Source: Dehalococcoidia bacterium
GTDB lineage: Bacteria > Chloroflexota > Dehalococcoidia > UBA6926
Assembly: GCA_963666115.2 (NCBI GenBank)
Contig: CAXXET010000006.1
Span: forward strand, 416,001 to 480,000
Direction: 5' to 3'
Length of the DNA: 64,000 nucleotides
Part shown: positions 48,732 through 59,256 of the stretch, piece by piece
Numbering within the stretch: position 1 is the stretch's first letter
How the letters are laid out: each line of letters begins with the position of its first letter
The notes under the pieces: generated by a model
Told to the model about the DNA's origin: nothing
The model's input: only the letters and a program-made list of their open reading frames with translations
Database searches by the model: none
Made by a program: the position numbers and the translations under genes

Positions 48732-50528
48732 ATGTTGAAATCACATAGTTGTGGGGAGCTTTCGCTTGCGGAGGCGGGGCTGGTTGTGCGGTTGGCGGGG
48801 TGGGTGCATCGCCGCCGGGATCATGGCGGGCTGATTTTCCTCGACGTGCGCGACCGCACGGGGTTGGTGCAAGTTGTCGTCGATCCTTCGGCGGCGGAGG
48901 CGGCGTACCAGTCTGCCGACGCGTTGCGGAATGAGTGGGTTGTGGCCATCACGGGCGAGGTGCAAGCGCGGCCTGCGGGGACTGAGAATCCGCGCATCGT
49001 GACGGGCGGGATCGAAGTTCACGCCTCAGAGGTGACGGTGCTGAATCCGTCCAGGACGCCGCCGTTCTATATCAATGAGGACTCGGACGTGGATGAGGCG
49101 CTGCGGCTGCGGTATCGCTATCTCGATCTGCGGCGGGAGAGGATGGCGGCGAACCTTGCGTTGCGTCATCGCGTCGTCAAGTACATCCGCGATTTCCTCG
49201 ACGGGCGAGGCTTTCTGGAAGTCGAGACGCCGATGTTGATGAAGAGCACGCCGGAGGGCGCGCGGGACTACCTGGTGCCTTCGCGGGTGCATCCGGGCCA
49301 CTTCTACGCGCTGCCGCAGTCGCCTCAGCAGTTGAAGCAGCTGTTGATGGTGGCGGGCGTGGAGCGGTATTTCCAGATTGCGCGGTGCTTCCGCGATGAG
49401 GACCAGCGGGCGGATCGGCAGCCGGAGTTCACGCAGCTTGACCTGGAGATGAGCTTCGTCGATGAGTCGGACGTGCTGGACCTGATGGAGGAGCTTTATA
49501 CGGGCCTGGCGCGCGCGACGGCGCCTGAGAAGCGTGTGACATCGCCGTTTCCGCGGATGACGTATGCGGAAGCGATGCGGCGGTTCGGATCGGACAAGCC
49601 GGATCTGCGTTTCGGGATGGAGATCACGGATATTTCGAGCATTGTTGCTGAGAGCGGCGTGGGCGTGTTCACGTCGGCGCTTGCGGAGTCGGGCGGCGCC
49701 GTGCGGGGAATCGTCGCGCCGGGGTGCGCGGGGTACAGCCGGCGGGAGTTGGAGAACCTGACTGAGATCGTGCGCGGACAGGGGGCGCGGGGACTGGCGA
49801 CGATTGGGCTGGACGCGGAGGCGGGCACGGCAGTGTCCGATTTGCAGCCGGACAATGTGCGCTCCGCGTTGGCGCGGCATCTTGATATCGAGACTGTGCG
49901 GGCGATTGCAGAGGCGATGGGGGCCGGAGCGGGAGATCTGCTGCTAATCGTGGCGGCGCACGAGGACATCGTGAGCGCATCGCTGAGCGCGTTGCGGACT
50001 GAGTTGGGGGCGCGGCTGGAACTGGCGGACCCGGATGAGCTGGCGTTTGCGTTTGTGACGGAATTTCCACTGTTCGAGGCGGCGGATGAGACTGGCGGGC
50101 TGAGTTCCGTGCATCACCCGTTCACTGCGCCCGTGCCGGAGGACGCTGGGCTGCTGGAGGAGGCGCCCACAGCGGCGCGGTCTCGGGCGTATGACCTGGT
50201 GGTGAACGGACTGGAGTTGGGGTCGGGGTCGATCAGGATACATGACCGCAGCTTGCAGGACAGGATATTCGCGCTGCTGGGACACTCGCCAGAGGAGATA
50301 GAGGAGCGGTTCGGCCATATGCTGGAGGCGTTTGAGTACGGCGTGCCGCCGCACGGGGGATTCGCGCCGGGGATCGACCGGACGGTGATGGTGCTGGCGG
50401 GGGAGCCGAATATCCGGGAGGTGATCCCGTTCCCGAAGACGCAGACGGCGCAAGACCTGATGATGAGCGCGCCTTCGACGGTGGATGATCAGCAGCTTGC
50501 CGATTTGAGTCTGCGGCTGCGGGAATGA
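48732..50528 (+). CDS. aspS: Aspartate--tRNA ligase, probably non-discriminating
   Basis: RRRDHGG, TPEGARDY, LPQSPQ, CFRDED.RADRQPEFTQLD, PPHGG. Confidence 0.97.
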   Translation: MLKSHSCGELSLAEAGLVVRLAGWVHRRRDHGGLIFLDVRDRTGLVQVVVDPSAAEAAYQSADALRNEWVVAITGEVQARPAGTENPRIVTGGIEVHASEVTVLNPSRTPPFYINEDSDVDEALRLRYRYLDLRRERMAANLALRHRVVKYIRDFLDGRGFLEVETPMLMKSTPEGARDYLVPSRVHPGHFYALPQSPQQLKQLLMVAGVERYFQIARCFRDEDQRADRQPEFTQLDLEMSFVDESDVLDLMEELYTGLARATAPEKRVTSPFPRMTYAEAMRRFGSDKPDLRFGMEITDISSIVAESGVGVFTSALAESGGAVRGIVAPGCAGYSRRELENLTEIVRGQGARGLATIGLDAEAGTAVSDLQPDNVRSALARHLDIETVRAIAEAMGAGAGDLLLIVAAHEDIVSASLSALRTELGARLELADPDELAFAFVTEFPLFEAADETGGLSSVHHPFTAPVPEDAGLLEEAPTAARSRAYDLVVNGLELGSGSIRIHDRSLQDRIFALLGHSPEEIEERFGHMLEAFEYGVPPHGGFAPGIDRTVMVLAGEPNIREVIPFPKTQTAQDLMMSAPSTVDDQQLADLSLRLRE

Positions 50529-50590
50529 GCAGGCAGGGATGTATAATGTTGATTCCGCCTGAGAGTTAACCCACTACGGAGTTTCCACAC

Positions 50591-52027
50591 GTGAAGATTA
50601 CGACTGAGGACATGCCTGATCGCCAGATCGGGCTGCTTATCGAGTTGGAAGAGGCGGAGATCGAGGACCACAAGCAGCGGGCATACCGGCGGCTTGTGCA
50701 GCGGTACGTGATCCCGGGATTCCGAAAGGGCAAGGCGCCGCGCAGGATCCTTGAGAACCACATCGGGGCGGAGACGCTGATCCAGGACGACATCGAGGGG
50801 CTGCTGGAGCGTTCCGTGGCGGACGCGGTTGAGCAGCAGGAGCTGGAACCCATCGGGCAGCCCCAGGTGACGGACCTTGAATCGCTTGACCCCATCACGT
50901 TCCGCGCGACGGTTTCGCTTAGCCCGGAGGTGGAACTGGGGGATTATGAGTCGATCCGCGTCGACTGGGAGGAGCCGGAGGTCACGGAGGAGCAGGTTGA
51001 GGAGGTTCTGAACAACCTGCGCCGGCAAGGCGCGCCGTGGGAGCCGGTGGAGAGGGCCGCGCAGCTTGGCGATCTGCTGACCGTCGATATGAACGGGTAT
51101 GTGGACGAGGAGCCGGAGGAGGGCGACGGCGATGATGCCGATGCGGAATCGGTTCCGGGACGACGGACGTTCGTGGAGGAAACGGGCATCAGCTACATGG
51201 TGCAGGAGGGCATGACGTATCCCGCGCCGGGCGTGCCGGAGCAGCTTGTGGGCATGAACGCGGAGGAGACCAGGGAGTTCACGATCTCCGTGCCGGACGA
51301 TTTTACGGTTCGCAATCTGAACGGCAAGGAGGCGCGCTTCACTGTCACCGTGCGGGAGGTCAAGGAGCAGAATCTGCCGGAAATGGATGACGAGTGGGCG
51401 CAGGGCGTCGAGGGCTTCGGCGACGATGAGTTCGAGACGGTGGAGGCGCTGCGGGATCGGATCCGATCCGACCTAACGGAGCGAACCGAGATGCAGGCGC
51501 GGGCAGAGTACGAGGAATCTATCCTGGAGAAGTTCGCCGAGGTAGCGACGGTGACGTACCCCCCCATCGTTGTGGACATGGAGATTGACCGCATCCTCCA
51601 AGACCAGGATGAGCAGATGCGGGGAATGGGCTTTTCCCTTACCGGGTACGCGCAGTCGACGGGGCAGGGCGTGGAGCAGCTGCGTGACTCTGTGCGGCCG
51701 CAGGCAGAGCAGCGGGTGCTGCGTGGGCTGCTGATCACAGACCTGGCGACGGCAGTCGGCATCGAGGTCTCGGACGAGGAGGTTGACGAGGATATCGCAG
51801 TCATAGTCGGCGCTCAGCAGGACGAAGCTGCGCAGGAGCAGGCGAGGCAGGTGTTCGAGAACGAGGGGGCGCGTGAAAGCGTGCAGCGGAGGATTGCCGC
51901 CCGCAAGACATTGGATATGCTGGTAGAGATTGCGCGAGGGGAGCGCACAGACGGGGAGATTCCCACAGAAGAAGAAACTCCGACAGAAGATGGAGAGACT
52001 CCAACAGAAGGAGAGACGACAGAATGA
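50591..52027 (+). CDS. tig: Trigger factor
   Basis: [10 protein letters not shown] signature; acidic C-terminal PTE repeats. Confidence 0.95.
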   Translation: MKITTEDMPDRQIGLLIELEEAEIEDHKQRAYRRLVQRYVIPGFRKGKAPRRILENHIGAETLIQDDIEGLLERSVADAVEQQELEPIGQPQVTDLESLDPITFRATVSLSPEVELGDYESIRVDWEEPEVTEEQVEEVLNNLRRQGAPWEPVERAAQLGDLLTVDMNGYVDEEPEEGDGDDADAESVPGRRTFVEETGISYMVQEGMTYPAPGVPEQLVGMNAEETREFTISVPDDFTVRNLNGKEARFTVTVREVKEQNLPEMDDEWAQGVEGFGDDEFETVEALRDRIRSDLTERTEMQARAEYEESILEKFAEVATVTYPPIVVDMEIDRILQDQDEQMRGMGFSLTGYAQSTGQGVEQLRDSVRPQAEQRVLRGLLITDLATAVGIEVSDEEVDEDIAVIVGAQQDEAAQEQARQVFENEGARESVQRRIAARKTLDMLVEIARGERTDGEIPTEEETPTEDGETPTEGETTE

Positions 52028-52698
52028 CGACGTGGACAGGCGGAACGGGAGAGGGACTGCCGGGGGGCATTGCGTCGGCGGGGCCGCAGGGCATCGTGCC
52101 GATGGTGATCGAGACGGGGGCGCGCGGCGAGCGGGCCTTCGACATTTATTCCCTCCTGCTCAAGGAGCGGATCATCTTTCTGGGCACGCCCATCAACGAC
52201 CAGGTGGCAAACCTCGTCGTGGCGCAGCTTCTGTACCTGGACCGGGAGGACCCGGACAAGGACATTTCGCTGTATATCAGCAGCCCGGGGGGCGTTATCA
52301 CGTCCGGGCTGGCGATCTATGACACCATCCAACTGATTCGCGCCGACGTTTCGACGATCTGCGTGGGGATGGCGGCGAGCATGGCGACGGTGCTGCTGAC
52401 CGCGGGCGCGTCCGGCAAGCGGTACGCCCTGCCGAACTCAACCATTCACATGCACCAGGCCATGGGCGGCGCGCAGGGGCAGGCGGCGGATATCGAGATT
52501 GCGGCGCGAGAGATCCTGCGGCTGCAGGAGATCATCCGGGGAATACTGTCGCGGCATTCCGGGCAGCCGGTGGAGAAGGTGGCGCGAGACATGGATCGCG
52601 ACTACTATCTCACTGCAGACCAGGCCAAGGAGTACGGCATCGTTGATGAGGTGCTGGCCGGGCCGGAAGGCGAGAGCAGCGACGCCAGCGCCGCATAA
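52024..52698 (+). CDS. clpP: Clp protease proteolytic subunit
   Basis: [34 protein letters not shown]. Confidence 0.97.
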   Translation: MTTWTGGTGEGLPGGIASAGPQGIVPMVIETGARGERAFDIYSLLLKERIIFLGTPINDQVANLVVAQLLYLDREDPDKDISLYISSPGGVITSGLAIYDTIQLIRADVSTICVGMAASMATVLLTAGASGKRYALPNSTIHMHQAMGGAQGQAADIEIAAREILRLQEIIRGILSRHSGQPVEKVARDMDRDYYLTADQAKEYGIVDEVLAGPEGESSDASAA

Positions 52699-52722
52699 CT
52701 GCGGAGGACTAGAGGCACGGGC

Positions 52723-54066
52723 ATGGTGGACGAGAATAACGGTCGGCGGAACGGCGGCCAGGGGGACGGGCCGCACCGGTGCTCGTTCTGCGGCAAGCCG
52801 GAAGGGACGGTTCGGCTGCTGGCCGGGCCGGACCACAAGGCGTATATCTGCGATGAGTGCGTTCGCGTGTGCCTCCGCATCCTGGAGGGGCGGCCGCGCG
52901 GCAAGGGACGCGAACGGGCGGCGGATGAGGAGCCGCAACAGGAAGAAGAGCCGAAGCCCATCCCCGCTCCGAAAGAGATTTACTCGCTGCTGAGCGATTT
53001 CGTCATCGGGCAGGAGCGCGCCAAGCGCGTGCTCAGCGTCGGCGTCTACAACCACTACAAGCGCAGCGCCGTCAAAAGCGAGGAAGAACCGGACGTCGAA
53101 CTGGACAAGACGAATATCCTGCTCGTCGGACCGACGGGGAGCGGCAAGACGCTGTTGGCGCAGACGCTGGCGCGCATTCTGGAGGTGCCGTTCGCCATCG
53201 CGGATGCAACGTCGCTGACGGAAGCGGGGTACGTGGGCGAGGACGTGGAGAATATCCTGCTCCGCCTGATCCAGGCGGCGGATTATGACGTTTCGCGCGC
53301 GCAGCGGGGCATCATCTATATCGATGAGATCGACAAGACAGCGCGGAAGAACGCGAATCCGTCCGTGACGCGCGACGTGTCCGGGGAGGGCGTGCAGCAG
53401 GCGCTGTTGAAGATCGTCGAGGGGTGCATTGCGAACGTGCCGCCGCAGGGCGGACGCAAGCACCCGCAGCAGGAATTCATCCAGATTGACACCAGGGGAA
53501 TCCTGTTCATCTGCGGCGGGGCGTTCGAGGGGATGGATGAGATCATCGCCGCCCGCGTGAACAAGGACAAGCGCAGCATCGGGTTCGGATCGGAGCGCAT
53601 GGCGGATGATCCGGCGGAGCGCAGCCGCGTGATGGCGCAGCTTGGCCATGACGATATTCTCGCGTACGGCATGATCCCGGAGTTCGTGGGACGGATGCCG
53701 CTGGCGGTTGCCCTCGATCCGCTGCAGAAGGCCGATTTGCTGGAGGTGCTGACGAAACCCAGGAACGCGCTGGTGAAGCAGTATAAGAGCCTTTTGAAGC
53801 AGGAAGGCGTGAGCCTGGAGTTCACGGACGAGGCGCTGGAGGCGGTGGCCGATCGGGCGCTCTCGCAGAAGACGGGAGCGCGCGGGCTGCGGACGGTGGT
53901 GGAAGAGGTCTTGCTGGACGTGATGTATGAGCTGCCGAGTCCGAGTATGGAGAGTGTCACCCGCTGCCTGATCACAGCGGATGCCATTCGCAATAGGATT
54001 TCGCCGCTGTTGTTCAATGCGCAGGGGGCGGCGGTGGCGCTAAGGCCGGAGGAGGAGAGCGCGTAG
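52723..54066 (+). CDS. clpX: Clp protease ATP-binding subunit ClpX
   Basis: CSFCG/ICDEC zinc finger, [25 protein letters not shown]. Confidence 0.97.
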   Translation: MVDENNGRRNGGQGDGPHRCSFCGKPEGTVRLLAGPDHKAYICDECVRVCLRILEGRPRGKGRERAADEEPQQEEEPKPIPAPKEIYSLLSDFVIGQERAKRVLSVGVYNHYKRSAVKSEEEPDVELDKTNILLVGPTGSGKTLLAQTLARILEVPFAIADATSLTEAGYVGEDVENILLRLIQAADYDVSRAQRGIIYIDEIDKTARKNANPSVTRDVSGEGVQQALLKIVEGCIANVPPQGGRKHPQQEFIQIDTRGILFICGGAFEGMDEIIAARVNKDKRSIGFGSERMADDPAERSRVMAQLGHDDILAYGMIPEFVGRMPLAVALDPLQKADLLEVLTKPRNALVKQYKSLLKQEGVSLEFTDEALEAVADRALSQKTGARGLRTVVEEVLLDVMYELPSPSMESVTRCLITADAIRNRISPLLFNAQGAAVALRPEEESA

Positions 54067-54070
54067 GGGA

Positions 54071-54880
54071 TTAGGCGTCTTTGATGGCGGCTTCGATCTT
54101 GTCTGTGATGTCGAGACCGTTTTGCAGGGGCTGATTGTTCGCGTCTCTTACCAGCCGGTCGTCGCCGATTTTGACCCTGCCGTTGGCGATTTGGCGTAAG
54201 GCTTCTACAAGGGTGTGAGGTTCACGGCGGAGGCCCTCCTCTCGGATTGTTGTGAAGAGGGGGTGGGATTCGCTGTGCGCGGCGCGGATATCGTCGATTG
54301 ATTGGCCTTGGATGCCTTGCCACAGCGTGTCGAATTCCGGCCCGCGGATTGGGAAGTGGCAATAGGCGATTACGGGCCCCTTGTCTACCTCTACCGTCGA
54401 TAGTTGCACCATGACGCCGGACTCGGTGGCGTCGTTCGCCATAAGCTCCCAGATGACGTCCTGCCATGCGCCTACGGGGCCACCGGGGAGGGCGGGGTGG
54501 AGGTTGAGGGCTGGAAACGCGCTGACGATGTCCTCGCTGACGATGAGCATGAGGCCGGCGAAGACAAGAGCATCGACGGGTCGGCCTTGAAGGATGGACA
54601 GCAGGTCGGCGTTGTAGCGGTCCCGCCAGGCAGGGTCGTTGTCGGGGCTGTGGCGGTAGTCGCGGAGGGAGTGGGAAATGGTGGTGAGGCCGTAGCTCTC
54701 CGCCTGTTCAAGGAACGCATCGCTGCCGTCCGCTTCGCCGCGCGCGCGAGTGCAAAGGACGTAGTCGATGGATGCGTTGAGCCCACCGTTGGAGATTGCG
54801 TGGTGCGCGGCGGCAAGGAGTCCCCGCGAGCCGGGGCCGCGTCCGGTGGATAGCCAGCCGAGGCGGAGGGATTTCGGCAT
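54071..54880 (-). CDS. purN: Phosphoribosylglycinamide formyltransferase-like protein
   Basis: STGRG, LNLHPALP, SGVMV, VDKGP. Confidence 0.75.
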   Translation of the reverse strand: MPKSLRLGWLSTGRGPGSRGLLAAAHHAISNGGLNASIDYVLCTRARGEADGSDAFLEQAESYGLTTISHSLRDYRHSPDNDPAWRDRYNADLLSILQGRPVDALVFAGLMLIVSEDIVSAFPALNLHPALPGGPVGAWQDVIWELMANDATESGVMVQLSTVEVDKGPVIAYCHFPIRGPEFDTLWQGIQGQSIDDIRAAHSESHPLFTTIREEGLRREPHTLVEALRQIANGRVKIGDDRLVRDANNQPLQNGLDITDKIEAAIKDA

Positions 54881-54885
54881 GTGGG

Positions 54886-55239
54886 CTAGAGGGTTAGTTC
54901 GAGATCTACCAGGCGCTGGCGTACAGGATCAACGGCAAGCCCCAATTCTTCGAGAGTTACGACCCCAACAAGCGGTTGGACGCCATCCTGCCCGAAGCAG
55001 ACGGCCACGACTTCGGCGTATCCGTTGACCTGAAGGACGGCCCGACCGACTTTGTAGTCGACCGTCTGACCGTTGGCGAGTCGGAAAGTCATTGTGCGGT
55101 GCGAAGTGACGCCAAGCTCACGCAGCATGGACTCCGGCATGAATGAATAGGTGGCCCCGGTGTCCACCATGGCTTCAACCTCTCTGGTCTGAGTGCCATC
55201 GAGGTTGGATACTTGAACGGTTACGTCTACTCTTCCCAT
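54886..55239 (-). CDS. Retropepsin-like (clan AA) aspartyl protease
   Basis: AMVDTGAT, LVGVVTLEELGLAVDP. Confidence 0.88.
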   Translation of the reverse strand: MGRVDVTVQVSNLDGTQTREVEAMVDTGATYSFMPESMLRELGVTSHRTMTFRLANGQTVDYKVGRAVLQVNGYAEVVAVCFGQDGVQPLVGVVTLEELGLAVDPVRQRLVDLELTL

Positions 55240-55290
55240 AACGGTAGTATAGCGCGGGGAGCTTACGACAACATGGTGAGGGGGAGCGGG

Positions 55291-56457
55291 ATGGATGTTG
55301 CAGGACTGCGGTCGCAGATTCCGGCGTTGGCGGGGCAGGTTTGGATGAATACGGGTTGGTCTGGGCCGTCGCCGTTGTCGGTGGTGGAGGCCTTGAAGAG
55401 CCGCATCGACATGGAGGCGAAAGAGCCGCCGGCCAGCATGAGGGTGGTCGAGGAGGCGCGGGAGATCAAGGCGCAGGCCCTGCTGGCGGTGGGCAGGCTC
55501 ATGAACGCCGACCCGGAGGCCCTGATGCTGACGCGGAACACGACCGAGGGCCTGAACATCGTCATGAGCGGGCTGGATTGGCAGGCGGGAGACGAAATCG
55601 TCACGTGCAGCCTGGAGCATCCGTCCGTGCTGGCGCCCGCGTGGATGATTGGACTTCGGTACGGGGTCACGGTGCGGATTGTCGACCTGGACCCGCATGA
55701 TTCCGAAGAGATGATCCTGGAGAAGTTCCAGGCCGCCGTTAGCGCCAGGACCCGCCTCATCTTCATCAGCCATATCCAGTACTCGACGGGGCTTCGCATG
55801 CCCGCGCGCCAACTGGCGCGCATGGCCCACGAGAATGGCGCGGAGATACTGTTGGACGGGGCGCAGACGGGCGGGCATATCGAACTGGACATGGCCGCCG
55901 ACGACTATGACTATTATTCGATTCCAGGGCAGAAGTGGATGCTTGGGTTTGAGGGCACGGGGGCGCTGTACATTCGCAAGGAACTGCTGCCAAGCGTTCA
56001 TCCCGCGCACACGGGCGGGCGGGGCATGGAATCGCCGGTGACGGCGGACCACATCGTGCCGATTCATGACACGATGGATAAGTTCTACGGCGGATCGGGC
56101 AGTATTCCCTTGCAGGCGGCCTTCCTGGAGGCGACGCGCTTCATCGAAGAGATCAGCGTTGGGGCCATCGAGGCGCGCAACCTCCGGTTGGCGTCTCGCC
56201 TAAAGGCGCAGCTGCGAGAATCGCCCCGCGTCACGGTGCTGTCGCCCGAGGATGGGCCAATGGCGTCCGGGCTTGTGTCGTTCGCGGTCGAAGGCTGGGG
56301 GCCGGAGGCGCTTGACGATCACCTGTGGGAGAACAACAGGATCGTCATGCGGCACATCGACTATCCGGAGGGCGTGCGGGCCTCGCTGCACTTCTTCAAC
56401 ACGGAGGATGAGGTGGACCAACTGGCGGCGGCAGTTCGGGATTTGCCCTCGCCCTAA
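55291..56457 (+). CDS. Class V PLP-dependent enzyme without the desulfurase Cys loop
   Basis: NTTEGLN, EHPS, DGAQ, PGQKW, VRASLHFFN. Confidence 0.88.
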   Translation: MDVAGLRSQIPALAGQVWMNTGWSGPSPLSVVEALKSRIDMEAKEPPASMRVVEEAREIKAQALLAVGRLMNADPEALMLTRNTTEGLNIVMSGLDWQAGDEIVTCSLEHPSVLAPAWMIGLRYGVTVRIVDLDPHDSEEMILEKFQAAVSARTRLIFISHIQYSTGLRMPARQLARMAHENGAEILLDGAQTGGHIELDMAADDYDYYSIPGQKWMLGFEGTGALYIRKELLPSVHPAHTGGRGMESPVTADHIVPIHDTMDKFYGGSGSIPLQAAFLEATRFIEEISVGAIEARNLRLASRLKAQLRESPRVTVLSPEDGPMASGLVSFAVEGWGPEALDDHLWENNRIVMRHIDYPEGVRASLHFFNTEDEVDQLAAAVRDLPSP

Positions 56458-56480
56458 CCCTCTCCCAGAAGGAGAGGGGA
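56446..56480. repeat. REP-like element (CCCTC.CCCTAACCCTCTCC...GGAGAGGG) overlapping the PLP gene stop
   Basis: CCCTCTCC/GGAGAGGG inverted repeat between convergent genes. Confidence 0.6.
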
Positions 56481-57143
56481 TCAGCGGGTTAGCCCGATTT
56501 TGCGGGAGAGGACGGTCCAGCAGGCGGCGACGTGGATTAGGGGGCTGGCGCGCCGGCCGTGGATGGATGCGTGGCGGAGGGCGTCCATGAAATCCTCGCG
56601 GCCTTCAAAGGCGGGGACGTCCGTGTAGGCATTGCCGATTTCGTGGGCGGTGTGGGCGTCAGAGACGCCGACGGGCCTGATATTGTGCTGTGTCCTGTGC
56701 TCGCGGATGAACTCCACGCCGCGCATGATGTCTCTCTTGAGCGTTGTTCGCGCATTAAACGCCTCGATGGTGCCTACGTCCGGGAGGATGTCCATGAGGG
56801 CGGGCAGGGTGATGCGTGTGCGGCGAAACCGGTCGAATGGATGGGGAATCTGTACGATGCCGCCCTGATCCTTGATGTGCTTGACGGACTCTTTGGCGGA
56901 AAGTCCGCCGGGGATGTCCTCTTCAAGGAACAGGCCGATGATTTCGCCGTCCGTCGTCTTGAGCGTCGCGCCGATGATGACGGGAAACGGGGCGATTTCA
57001 CGGACGTCAAGCGCGCCTCGGATGGAATGGTCTGTGACGGCGATGATGTCGATGCCCTTGCGCTGGCAGGCGCGGATGAGGGATTCAGGGGTGAGGCGGG
57101 AGTCCGGAGAGACGCGGGTGTGGACGTGGAAGTCTGCTCTCAT
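56481..57143 (-). CDS. PHP-domain phosphoesterase
   Basis: DFHVHT, AVTDH, PHPFD, SDAH. Confidence 0.9.
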   Translation of the reverse strand: MRADFHVHTRVSPDSRLTPESLIRACQRKGIDIIAVTDHSIRGALDVREIAPFPVIIGATLKTTDGEIIGLFLEEDIPGGLSAKESVKHIKDQGGIVQIPHPFDRFRRTRITLPALMDILPDVGTIEAFNARTTLKRDIMRGVEFIREHRTQHNIRPVGVSDAHTAHEIGNAYTDVPAFEGREDFMDALRHASIHGRRASPLIHVAACWTVLSRKIGLTR

Positions 57144-57700
57144 TAAGCGCGTTCGACATAGTCGCCGGTGCGGGTGTCAACGACGACGGCGATGCCGTTC
57201 TCGACGAACATGGGGACGGTGATGACAAGGCCGGTCTCAAGCGTGGCGGGTTTCGTGCCGGCGTTGGCGGTGTCACCCTTGAACGCGGGGGGTGTTTCCA
57301 CGATTTTCAACGTGACGGTGGTGGGGAGTTCGACGCCGATCGGGGCGTCCTGGTAGAAGACCATGTCAAGGTTCATGTTCTCGGTCATGTAGGGCAGGGA
57401 GTCCTCGATCTGGTCGCGGTCGACGGGGAACTGCTCAAAGGACTCGGTGTCCATGAAGTGGTAGAGTCCGTCCTCGCTGTAGAGGAATTGGACGGAACGG
57501 GTCTCAAGGGTGGCGCGTGTAAACCGTTCACCGGCCTGGACTGTGCGCTCAATAGTATGGCCGCCCTTGATGTCGCGCAGCTTCATGCGCACCTGGGCAG
57601 AGCCGCGCCCGATCTTGAGGTGGTGAAAGTCAAGCAGCTGGTAGAGTGTGCCGCCGATCTCCATGGTGACGCCGCGGCGCAGGTCGCCCGTCTCAATCAT
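57143..57700 (-). CDS. efp: Elongation factor P (tip loop KIGRG)
   Basis: DLRRG, HLKIGRGSAQVR, FMD.E.FEQ, KGDTA, KPATLETG, DTRTGDYVERA. Confidence 0.97.
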   Translation of the reverse strand: MIETGDLRRGVTMEIGGTLYQLLDFHHLKIGRGSAQVRMKLRDIKGGHTIERTVQAGERFTRATLETRSVQFLYSEDGLYHFMDTESFEQFPVDRDQIEDSLPYMTENMNLDMVFYQDAPIGVELPTTVTLKIVETPPAFKGDTANAGTKPATLETGLVITVPMFVENGIAVVVDTRTGDYVERA

Positions 57701-57705
57701 TCCCG

Positions 57706-58794
57706 CTAGCTCCCGTTTCTCACGTCCAGCTTGGGCGCGGCGCTCAAGGCCCGGCAGCGCCCGTCCTGGAACTCGACAATGTCCTCGATGCGGACGCCGC
57801 CCCACCCGGAGATGTAGATGCCGGGCTCCACGGTGAAGGTCATTCCCTCTGTCAGGACATCCGGCGAGCGCTGCCCAAGACGCGGGAATTCGTGGACGGC
57901 AAGGCCGACGCCGTGGCCGAGCGAGTGGCCGAATTCCGGTCCGTGCCCGGCTTTCTCGATGATGTTCCGCGCGAGGGCGTCCGCCTGGTCGCCCGTCATG
58001 CCCTCTTCGATGGTGGCAATGGCGGTTTCCTGGGCGGTCAGGACAATGTCATAGATGCGGCGGAACTGGTCGTCGTGGTCTCCGATGCAGATGGTGCGGG
58101 TCATGTCCGCGTGGTAGCCGTCCACGCGCGCGCCGATGTCGATGACGATGGGAGCGCCGACAGTGATGGGCTCGTCTGAGGGACGGTGATGCGCCATCGC
58201 GCCGTTCGGGCCGGATGCGACGATCAGCTCGAATGCGATGCTCTCCGCGCCGCGGTTGCGCATGGCCATCTCGATGCGCCACGCGACGTCCTGCTCGGAC
58301 GCGCCCGGCTCCAGCCCGTCGCGCACTTCGACAAATGCCTCGTCGGTGATGCGGATGGCGGAGAGGAGAGCGTCACGCTCGGCGTCGTCCTTGATGGCGC
58401 GGATAGTCTCAATGGTGTCGTTGATGGGGACGAGCTCCTTGCCGGCCTCGCCGCAGAGTTCCGCGAGCCGCTTGTGCGTAGCGACGGTGACGTGGGACTC
58501 TTCAAAGCCGACGCGCTTCGCGTCGCCCATGGAGGCAAGCATCTCCTTGAACCACTCGCCGCCCGGACCGGCCATGTGAACGATCTGGTACTCCGGCGAC
58601 TGATTGCCGGCCTGCTGCGTGTAGCGGGAGTCCGTGGCGAGCAGGGCGTTTTCGGGAGTGATGAAGAGGGAGCCGGCGGAACCGCTGAATCCGCTCATGT
58701 AGCGGCGGTTCTCGGGCTGGGAGACCCACACGGCGTCGACGCCCGCGGGGTCCATCGCCTCTCGCAGCTTGGCAAGTCGATTTGTGGCGCTCAT
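57706..58794 (-). CDS. Xaa-Pro aminopeptidase (M24)
   Basis: DIGA..DGY..DMTRT, HSLGHGVGL.VHE.P, TVEPGIY, GVRIED. Confidence 0.94.
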   Translation of the reverse strand: MSATNRLAKLREAMDPAGVDAVWVSQPENRRYMSGFSGSAGSLFITPENALLATDSRYTQQAGNQSPEYQIVHMAGPGGEWFKEMLASMGDAKRVGFEESHVTVATHKRLAELCGEAGKELVPINDTIETIRAIKDDAERDALLSAIRITDEAFVEVRDGLEPGASEQDVAWRIEMAMRNRGAESIAFELIVASGPNGAMAHHRPSDEPITVGAPIVIDIGARVDGYHADMTRTICIGDHDDQFRRIYDIVLTAQETAIATIEEGMTGDQADALARNIIEKAGHGPEFGHSLGHGVGLAVHEFPRLGQRSPDVLTEGMTFTVEPGIYISGWGGVRIEDIVEFQDGRCRALSAAPKLDVRNGS

Positions 58795-58802
58795 TGTTTC
58801 CT

Positions 58803-59243
58803 TCAGTCCTTGCTGATTTCGTCGATAAGATAGTCCAGCGCCCAGAGGTAGGCGCGCCAGCCGAAACCCGTCATCTGTCCGCGGGCGATAGGGGCGATGA
58901 CGCTGTGGCGCCGGAACTCCTCGCGGGCGTGAATGTTGGAGAGATGGACCTCCACGGTGGGCGCGCCGGCGTCCTGCAGGGCGTCACGGAGGCTGAGGCC
59001 GTAGTGAGTGAGCGCGCCGGGGTTGATGACGATGCCGTCGATGCCGTTGGGAATCTCGGCCTGGATAAAGTCGATGATTGCCCCCTCGGCGTTTGCCTGG
59101 AAGCAGACACATTCTGCGCCTCGCTCCTTCACGCGGTCGGCGAACGCCGCCTCGATCTCGGCGAGCGTGGTTGTGCCGTAGACGGCAGGGTCTCTGTGGC
59201 CTAACCGGTTCAGGTTCGGGCCGTTGATCAACGCTATTCTCAT
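58803..59243 (-). CDS. aroQ: Type II 3-dehydroquinate dehydratase
   Basis: INGPNLNRLG, INPGALTH, EVHLSNIHAREEFR. Confidence 0.96.
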   Translation of the reverse strand: MRIALINGPNLNRLGHRDPAVYGTTTLAEIEAAFADRVKERGAECVCFQANAEGAIIDFIQAEIPNGIDGIVINPGALTHYGLSLRDALQDAGAPTVEVHLSNIHAREEFRRHSVIAPIARGQMTGFGWRAYLWALDYLIDEISKD

Positions 59244-59256
59244 TGCTGCCATTCTA

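Noticed and set aside
51948-52027. Short ACAGAAG repeats at the end of tig
   Set aside because: They encode a low-complexity acidic tail (PTEEE/PTEDG/PTEGE); no sign of a separate element
54886-56067. 393-aa minus-strand ORF as one long protease
   Set aside because: Only the last 117 aa (from ATG 55239) is the aspartyl protease; the rest is antisense to the PLP enzyme
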